This document shows, piece after piece, positions 57,900 through 64,000 of a stretch of 64,000 bases of DNA; position 1 is the stretch's first letter, and each line of letters starts with the position of its first letter. A program made the translations under genes and the position numbers. The notes under the pieces are model-generated. The model saw only the letters and a program-made list of their open reading frames with translations, made no database searches and was not told the origin of the DNA. The stretch comes from Candidatus Latescibacterota bacterium. Lineage in GTDB: Bacteria; Latescibacterota; UBA2968; UBA8231. Where the stretch lies: positions 4,608,001 to 4,672,000 of the forward strand of contig OZ242318.1 in assembly GCA_965208105.1 (NCBI GenBank), read 5' to 3'.

Positions 57900-58304
57900 A
57901 TGTCATCATCCGTCGAAACCCTTATCGAGCGCGTACTCAACGAGCTGCATCGCATCATCAAGACAGAAACGGTTGTAGGAGAGCCCGTAAAAGCGGGCGA
58001 TTCCACCCTGATTCCGGTTTCCAGGATCTCCTTTGGATTTGGAGCAGGCTCCGGGCAGAAGGATGGCAAGGGCCAGAGCGGAACGGGGGGCGGAGCTGCC
58101 GTAGAGCCTATCGCCTTTGTAGTAATCAATGCCGAGGGCGAGGTTCAGATTCTGCCGCTGCACGAAAAAGAACCCGGCCTCGGCCATCTGGTTGAACTTG
58201 TGCCGGAAGCCCTGGCAAAGGTCAGAAAGTTCGTTGGCAAAAAGAAGGGCAGAGATGAGGGTGCGGTTGAATCCGGGCCGGAGGGCGGGGAACCACCCCG
58301 GTGA
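57900..58304 (+). CDS. GerW/YtfJ family protein
   Basis: TVVGEPV...LIPVSRISFGFGAG...GTGGGAAVEPIAFVV. Confidence 0.88.
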   Translation: MSSSVETLIERVLNELHRIIKTETVVGEPVKAGDSTLIPVSRISFGFGAGSGQKDGKGQSGTGGGAAVEPIAFVVINAEGEVQILPLHEKEPGLGHLVELVPEALAKVRKFVGKKKGRDEGAVESGPEGGEPPR

Positions 58305-58333
58305 TGGTCGAAGGTGGCGGGGAAGATTCCTAT

Positions 58334-59407
58334 CTATTCATTCGGAGGCCGATAAAGCTGGCCACAAGCCGCGGAAATATCGCGCCCTCTGCTCTCGCGG
58401 AGCGTGATGGATGCGGACGAGCGTTCCTTCAGCAACTGCTGGAAACGGCTTGTGCGCTGCTTCGGAGGTCGACGGTATGGGCTGTCGCCGCCCAATTCGT
58501 TGTAGGGAATCAAGTTGATCTTGCAGGGTAGGTCCCGAGTGAGAAAGGCCAGGCGCACGGCGTCCTGGTCCGCATCATTCACGCCGTCCAGCAGCACGTA
58601 TTCAAAAGTGACCCGGCGGCCGCGGAGATCGTAGAATTCTCTGGCGGCATCGAGCAGATCGGCAATTTTATATCCCCGGCCAATGGGCATCAGGAGTTCC
58701 CGCCCGGAGTCCGTCGTGGCATTGAGAGAGATGGCAAGGCCAACATTCAAGTCTTCCCTGGCCAGTTTGCGGATCCCGGGGAGATAACCTGCCGTCGACA
58801 CGGTGATTTTTCGGCCGCCGATGCCGGGTCCAGGGTCCAAACGCATGAGGCGCAGGGCGCGTACTACATTTTCGTAGTTCAGAAGCGGCTCTCCCATACC
58901 CATCATCACTACATTAGTCACCCGCTCTCCGCGTTTTCGCAATGCCTGGTTCAAACGGATCAACTGGTCGATGATCTGACCGGGGCTCAGGTTGCGAATG
59001 AATCCCATTCGGCCGGTAGCACAGAACTTGCAGTCCAGGGCGCACCCCACTTGCGAAGACAGACAGGCGGTACGGCGGTCTCCCTCCTCTATCATCACGG
59101 ACTCGATGCACTCGCCCGTGGGCAGTTCGAAGAGAAATTTGACGGTGCGGTCCCTGGGAGATTCCCTTCGCTCCACTTCCCGCAGGGTGCTGACCCATGC
59201 AAGTTTTTTCAAGGCCTCTCTGAAAGGCTTGGACAGATCGGTCATCTCGTCGAGGTCGGTGGTGCCTTTGCCGTAGATCCAGGAGGCCAATTGCCCCGCC
59301 CGATACTGCTGCTGGCCCATGCGGCCGACCAGGCGGCTCAGTTCATGTGGCAGTAGACCCTTCAAGTCTATACGGCTGGATTTGCTGGATTTGTCGGTTT
59401 CCTTCAT
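58334..59407 (-). CDS. rlmN: 23S rRNA (A2503-C2)/tRNA methyltransferase RlmN
   Basis: CLSSQVGCALDCKFC, MGMGEPL, ISLNA, NLIPYN, AACGQL; ATG 59407. Confidence 0.93.
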   Translation of the reverse strand: MKETDKSSKSSRIDLKGLLPHELSRLVGRMGQQQYRAGQLASWIYGKGTTDLDEMTDLSKPFREALKKLAWVSTLREVERRESPRDRTVKFLFELPTGECIESVMIEEGDRRTACLSSQVGCALDCKFCATGRMGFIRNLSPGQIIDQLIRLNQALRKRGERVTNVVMMGMGEPLLNYENVVRALRLMRLDPGPGIGGRKITVSTAGYLPGIRKLAREDLNVGLAISLNATTDSGRELLMPIGRGYKIADLLDAAREFYDLRGRRVTFEYVLLDGVNDADQDAVRLAFLTRDLPCKINLIPYNELGGDSPYRRPPKQRTSRFQQLLKERSSASITLRESRGRDISAACGQLYRPPNE

Positions 59408-59456
59408 AACGAAGCTATTTTTCCATTCTTGAAGCGCGTTTGTCCTCAAAAACAGC

Positions 59457-59492
59457 TTGACTGTTTGTTGTCGTAGGTTTATTATAATAAAC
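59457..59492. promoter_or_regulatory. Divergent promoter region with perfect 16-bp palindrome
   Basis: TTGACT-N17-TATTAT; GTTTATTATAATAAAC (59477-59492) carries TATAAT on both strands. Confidence 0.5.
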
Positions 59493-59599
59493 AGGTTTAT
59501 AAAAAGAGTCCATCGCTTGGAGCATCGGCATTTTTCTTCCTTCCCCCCGCGTCGGTGCAATTCCAATCCCCGTTTTCACAGTTTTGCCATTTCTACGCA

Positions 59600-60949
59600 A
59601 TGCGTCTACCCGGCTGCAATTGGTTCTGGCCAAGTATTCTCTGCCTTCTGTTGATGATGGGCTTGCGTGCAGAAGTTTTTCACAGCCTTGGTGCGGGGGG
59701 TCAGCCGCACGTCAGGACGCCTCCTCCCGTTTCCCATGATTCCAGACCAGGCAAGCCAGCATTTGTCGGTCCGCGGCTGCCTTCGCTGGCACCGCCTGTC
59801 GGCGAAAGGCTGCAGAGAGTAATAAACGACACTTTCAGGCGCGATGATTCGATTTACAACTCTTTGAAAAAGCACCGGATATCGGAGCTCCAAATCGCAA
59901 ACTTGGTCGGCGCATTCGAGGGTCTCTTCGATCCCGACGCGAAGTTGAAACCTCGCGATTACTACACTCTGACGGTGGACACGAGCGGGGTTATCCAGCG
60001 CTTCGAATACACAGCTCATCGCCAGCCGGAAAGTCCTCTACTCATCGAACTCCTCGAGGACGATCTGGTAGGACGCCGGCTCAATCTGCCCCTCGACAAG
60101 CGCGTGGAGGTCATAGAAGCCAGGATCGTCGATAATTTGACCAATGCTATCCGTGCCGAAGGTGAATACGACGCCCTGACCGATGTGCTGGCAGACCATA
60201 TCTTCGGGGCGGTTATCGACTTCCAGAAGTGCCCTCGCCAGGACGACCGTATTGAGATCGTCTTTGAAAAGTACTATCGGGACAACCGCTTTATTCGTTA
60301 TGGGGATGTCCTTCTTGCCAGGTACAGAGGGCAACAGGCCTCTCAGCTGGCCGTCTTCTACCGCGACCCGGACGGCCAGAGAGGATATTACGATTGGGCC
60401 GGCAAGTCGCTGGCGCGCGCCTTTCTGCTGAAGCCGCTCTCCTTTCGGCGGATCAGTTCAAGATTCAGCCGCAAACGCTTCCATCCGATCCTCAGAAAGA
60501 ACCTCCCTCATCTTGGCACCGACTATGCCGCCAGCCAGGGCACTCCGGTCAGAGCGACCGCAAGAGGTCGGGTGGTGCATGCCGGCTGGAAAGGGAGCTA
60601 CGGAAAACTGGTTGAGATCGCCCATCCAAACGGCTATCGGACCCGCTACGCCCATTTGAGCCGAATCGAGGTTCGCGCGAACGAACGGGTCCACCAATCC
60701 GAAATCATCGGCCTGGTGGGTGCCACCGGGAGGGCAACGGGTCCACATCTCCACTACGAGTTGATCAAGAACGGGAGCCACATCAACCCGCAGACCGTCA
60801 ACAATGGCATCCAGGGCGAGGTCCTGCAGAAGAAATACCAGTCAGCCTTCGCCACCCACCGCGACAACCTGCTGGAACTGCTCGATAGAGGCCGCGCTCC
60901 CATCCCATCCCCCGACCTCCTGGCGGCCTCCAAGACAGTGCAGCCATGA
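59600..60949 (+). CDS. M23 family peptidoglycan DD-endopeptidase (MepM-like)
   Basis: HLGTDYAA (HxxxD), TRYAHL, TGPHLHYE; Csd3-like N-terminal region. Confidence 0.9.
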   Translation: MRLPGCNWFWPSILCLLLMMGLRAEVFHSLGAGGQPHVRTPPPVSHDSRPGKPAFVGPRLPSLAPPVGERLQRVINDTFRRDDSIYNSLKKHRISELQIANLVGAFEGLFDPDAKLKPRDYYTLTVDTSGVIQRFEYTAHRQPESPLLIELLEDDLVGRRLNLPLDKRVEVIEARIVDNLTNAIRAEGEYDALTDVLADHIFGAVIDFQKCPRQDDRIEIVFEKYYRDNRFIRYGDVLLARYRGQQASQLAVFYRDPDGQRGYYDWAGKSLARAFLLKPLSFRRISSRFSRKRFHPILRKNLPHLGTDYAASQGTPVRATARGRVVHAGWKGSYGKLVEIAHPNGYRTRYAHLSRIEVRANERVHQSEIIGLVGATGRATGPHLHYELIKNGSHINPQTVNNGIQGEVLQKKYQSAFATHRDNLLELLDRGRAPIPSPDLLAASKTVQP

Positions 60950-61056
60950 CGCAAAGGCTTGACACTGGACCGGGCTTGATGTTGTGTTGATTGGTTTGGC
61001 CCCGGGTCAACGAGGCACAGAGTCAGAAAGTTTTCAGCAAATACCAGAAAAACGCT

Positions 61057-61470
61057 ATGGGCGAGGACCTTATAGGTGAGATAGAGGCGCTGGCTGAACG
61101 GGATGGCCGTTTTCACAAGGACGCCTATTTCTTTATCTACCAGGCCCTTCGCTTCACGGTGGACAAGCTGGGACACAAAGGGCCATGCCACATATCCGGT
61201 GGAGAGCTGCTATCAGGCATCAGCGATTACGGCCTGGATCAGTTCGGACCGCTAACCCACTCGGTCTTTGCTCGCTGGGGCGTCCACGAGACCCGGGATT
61301 TCGGAACCATCGTCTTCAATCTGGTCGACGCCCAATTGATGAGCAAGACGGAGCGGGATTGCATCGAGGACTTCGAGGACATCTACGATTTTTCCGAAGA
61401 ATTCAATTGGAAGAAACGCAAGATGGAATTCTCGAAGGTGCCCGGAATGGACCTGGAGCGGCAGACCTGA
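61057..61470 (+). CDS. Minf_1886 family protein
   Basis: D.RF...AY.F, HISG.EL, QFGPL, WGV..T.DFG.IVFNLV, D..EDF. Confidence 0.8.
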   Translation: MGEDLIGEIEALAERDGRFHKDAYFFIYQALRFTVDKLGHKGPCHISGGELLSGISDYGLDQFGPLTHSVFARWGVHETRDFGTIVFNLVDAQLMSKTERDCIEDFEDIYDFSEEFNWKKRKMEFSKVPGMDLERQT

Positions 61471-61486
61471 GGGTCTGGTGTCCTCC

Positions 61487-62698
61487 ATGAAAATCGCCTA
61501 CTTCGATTGCTTCGCCGGGATCAGCGGCGACATGTTATTAGGCGCTCTGGTCGACGCCGGCCTCGATCCAGGTCTCCTCCAGGAGGAGATAGGCAAACTC
61601 GACCTTCCTCACCTCAGCACAAATTTCAGTCCGGTTTCCAGGCACCACATAGCTGCAATCCAGGCCCAGGTTTGTTTCGGGTCCGGATCAGTCGCTCCCG
61701 GCGAGGAGCATCATCTCGACCTGAACCCCGAACCCCGGGGACATAATCGTCTCGGCCACATCCTCTCCGTCATCCGGTCGAGCCGCCTCGATGAAGACGT
61801 AAAGAGAACCTCCATTCGCATATTCGAGCGTTTGGCCCAGGCGGAAGCACAGGTCCACGGGGTCTCCGTCGAGGCGGTGCATCTGCACGAGGTCGGGGGC
61901 CATGACGCCATCGTCGACATCGTAGGGACGGTTGCTGCCCTGCGCCTGCTGGCCATCGACGAGGTCTATTCCTCGGCCTTGCGCATGGGAACGGGGTTCG
62001 TCCAGTGCGCCCACGGCTCCTACCCCGTCCCCGCGCCGGGAGTACTGGCCCTGTGCCAGGACATTCCCTGCGAGCAGACCCAGATTCGCGCCGAACTGGT
62101 CACGCCGACAGGAGCTGCCATCATCACCACGATCGCCAGGTCCTTCGGCTCTCCTCCCGCGTTCGCCCAGGAGAGCGTAGGCTACGGAGCAGGGAGTCGC
62201 GATTTGGATGAAGTCCCCAACCTGCTCCGCGTCCGCATCGGTTCTACCTCGCAGGCTTTGTCCCAGGATCGCGCGGTGCTGCTCGAGGCCAATATCGACG
62301 ACATGAACCCGGAGATCTATGGTTATCTCTTCGACCTTTTGTTCGAGCGCGGCGCCAGGGACGTCTATATAACCCCGGTGCAAATGAAGAAGGGACGGCC
62401 GGGAAATCTGCTGAGCATCCTGGCCGACGAGTCCCTGCTCGATGTCATGGTTGGCACCGTTCTGGCTGAAACCACAACCATGGGCGTGCGTTTTCACTCC
62501 GTCGAACGGCGCAAACTGGAACGCAGTGTCACCTCGGTGGCTACACCCTACGGGCCGGTTTCGGTCAAGGTTTGCAGTCTTGACGGCATAAGGCGTCTTG
62601 CCCCCGAGTACGAAGACTGCGCTCGCCTGGCGCGCCGGCATGAAGTGCCCATCCAGGCGGTCTACGCTGCTGCCCGCAGCGCTATCCCGGAGGAGTAA
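61487..62698 (+). CDS. larC: Nickel pincer cofactor biosynthesis protein LarC
   Basis: YFDCFAGISGDM, HLHEVG..DAIVD, ELVTPTGAA, EANIDD, MKKGRPG, PEYED. Confidence 0.93.
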   Translation: MKIAYFDCFAGISGDMLLGALVDAGLDPGLLQEEIGKLDLPHLSTNFSPVSRHHIAAIQAQVCFGSGSVAPGEEHHLDLNPEPRGHNRLGHILSVIRSSRLDEDVKRTSIRIFERLAQAEAQVHGVSVEAVHLHEVGGHDAIVDIVGTVAALRLLAIDEVYSSALRMGTGFVQCAHGSYPVPAPGVLALCQDIPCEQTQIRAELVTPTGAAIITTIARSFGSPPAFAQESVGYGAGSRDLDEVPNLLRVRIGSTSQALSQDRAVLLEANIDDMNPEIYGYLFDLLFERGARDVYITPVQMKKGRPGNLLSILADESLLDVMVGTVLAETTTMGVRFHSVERRKLERSVTSVATPYGPVSVKVCSLDGIRRLAPEYEDCARLARRHEVPIQAVYAAARSAIPEE

Positions 62699-62702
62699 TT
62701 CC

Positions 62703-63473
62703 ATGATTCACTGGAGGAAGGTATGCACTGCATCCGCGACCTGCGTACTGCTGGTTCTTGCCCTGGCGGGTGCCGAGGAGGCTCCGGAGAGGGGCGCGCT
62801 CGACGAATTCGACCTCATGCATCCGCTGCCCGTCGAGGAGGGCCAGCCGCCGCGCATCATCCTGGGGGATATCAACGGATTCGTCAGGGTTTTCGAGGAG
62901 CGCGCCGAGGCCTTCGAGGAGGTGTGGACCAGCGAGGAGTTCGAGGGTGCAATCTTCGCCCTCCAGATCGTCGACATCAACGCGGACGATCTGGATGAAA
63001 TCGTCGTATTCACCGATAGAGGGCGCATTCACTATCTGGATGTCAGAACCTACAAATCTCTATGGGACAATCCCCCCAACGAGTACCAACGCATAACGGC
63101 CCTGACCATCGAGGACGTGGACGACGACCCCCAGCCCGAGCTCATCTTCTGCGCAGACGGCCGCCTGATAATCTACGACGGCAGCAATCAATTCGAGGAG
63201 TGGCGCAGCGATCAGACCGAGATTAAAGCTGTAGATATCGTGGTGGAAGACGTGGACGGGGACGACGAGGAGGAAATCGTTCTCAACGATGGATATGTCT
63301 TTGACGCCCGCTTCCTCGATCTGGAGTGGCAGTCGCCTGAATCCTTCGGAGAGCGCATGGGACTGTTGGACATAGACAACGATGGCATCATCGAGGTAAT
63401 CGGCGAATTCAGGGGACGCTTCATCCGCATTTTCGACATCGATTTGCGCCGGGAGAAATCCATCATCCGCTGA
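62703..63473 (+). CDS. Secreted acidic protein with FG-GAP/VCBS-like repeats
   Basis: Signal peptide; DINADDLDEIV, DVDDDPQPELI, DVDGDDEEEIV, DIDNDGIIEVI. Confidence 0.7.
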   Translation: MIHWRKVCTASATCVLLVLALAGAEEAPERGALDEFDLMHPLPVEEGQPPRIILGDINGFVRVFEERAEAFEEVWTSEEFEGAIFALQIVDINADDLDEIVVFTDRGRIHYLDVRTYKSLWDNPPNEYQRITALTIEDVDDDPQPELIFCADGRLIIYDGSNQFEEWRSDQTEIKAVDIVVEDVDGDDEEEIVLNDGYVFDARFLDLEWQSPESFGERMGLLDIDNDGIIEVIGEFRGRFIRIFDIDLRREKSIIR

Positions 63474-63569
63474 GGGCACGCGGCTGCAGCATTGACCCCT
63501 GCCCTCACCCTGTTTTATATATTGCCATCATCCCCCTCCCGAATTATCCAAACTGAAGGAGCGCTGAAA

Positions 63570-64000
63570 ATGTCTCGACCGGTAACCCTTTTCACGGGCC
63601 AGTGGGCCGATTTGGACATAGAAACCATGTGCCGGAAGGCCCGGGACTTCGGCTACGACGGCCTTGAACTGGGCTGTTGGGGCGACCACTTCGAGGTCGA
63701 CAAGGCCGACCAGGAGTATTGCCGTGCCAGGCGCGGGTTGCTGGAGAAGTACGACCTGCAGCTCTTTTCCATATCCGCGCATCTGGTCGGCCAGGCGGTT
63801 TGCGACCTCATCGACGAGCGCCACCAGGCCATACTGCCGGACTACGTCTGGGGAGACGGCGACCCCGAGGGGGTGCGGCAACGGGCCGCCGACGAAATGG
63901 TGGCCACCGCCCGGGCGGCAAAACGTTTCGGCGTAGATGTGGTAAACGGCTTTACCGGCAGTTCCATCTGGCATCTCCTCTACTCCTTTCCACCTGTGCC
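63570..64000 (+). CDS. Sugar phosphate isomerase/epimerase, AP-endonuclease-2 TIM barrel (3' partial)
   Basis: AAGGAG RBS; [15 protein letters not shown]...[14 protein letters not shown]; runs off the window end and is absent from the ORF track. Confidence 0.88.
   Translation, partial: MSRPVTLFTGQWADLDIETMCRKARDFGYDGLELGCWGDHFEVDKADQEYCRARRGLLEKYDLQLFSISAHLVGQAVCDLIDERHQAILPDYVWGDGDPEGVRQRAADEMVATARAAKRFGVDVVNGFTGSSIWHLLYSFPPV

Noticed and set aside
58334-59407. Cfr-type resistance methyltransferase
   Set aside because: Motifs (MGMGEPL.N, ISLNA) and the housekeeping context fit RlmN.
1-64000. CRISPR array, integron integrase, transposase, prophage
   Set aside because: No regularly spaced direct repeats, and no tyrosine recombinase, DDE or phage genes recognised in the window.

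Overview
GC-rich chromosomal DNA from a diderm bacterium. The gene content (DUF6785/6784-type membrane protein, Minf_1886 family, PhyH dioxygenases, ASPIC/UnbV lipoprotein) suggests an FCB/PVC-type lineage such as Latescibacterota; this is inference only. (1) Two runs of short, unrelated, same-strand accessory genes (about 2.7-8.6 kb and 23.9-39.5 kb) encode APH(3'), GNATs, SAM methyltransferases, VOC proteins, ankyrins, NUDIX, HAD, Sir2-like and an ART-HEAT protein. They are separated by imperfect hairpins resembling eroded integron attC sites, and no integrase is present in the window. (2) A catabolic/nitrogen block (9.5-23.9 kb) holds a glycoside hydrolase, a large outer-membrane protein, an amidase and amtB-glnK, next to a MenA1/MenT1-like toxin-antitoxin pair. 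(3) A tightly coupled 7-gene operon (40.9-50.0 kb) encodes cytidylyltransferase, CDP-alcohol phosphotransferase, flippase-like protein, TolC, MlaC-DUF3047 fusion, MlaC and MMPL, with a divergent sulfotransferase-like gene. It is a candidate undescribed lipid synthesis-and-export system. (4) tRNA-Gly(GCC) and housekeeping/envelope genes follow (PBP1A, rlmN, M23 peptidase, larC). A 168-bp CTAG-bounded MITE-like palindrome sits at 2.5 kb. All calls come from motifs recognised by eye; no searches were run.
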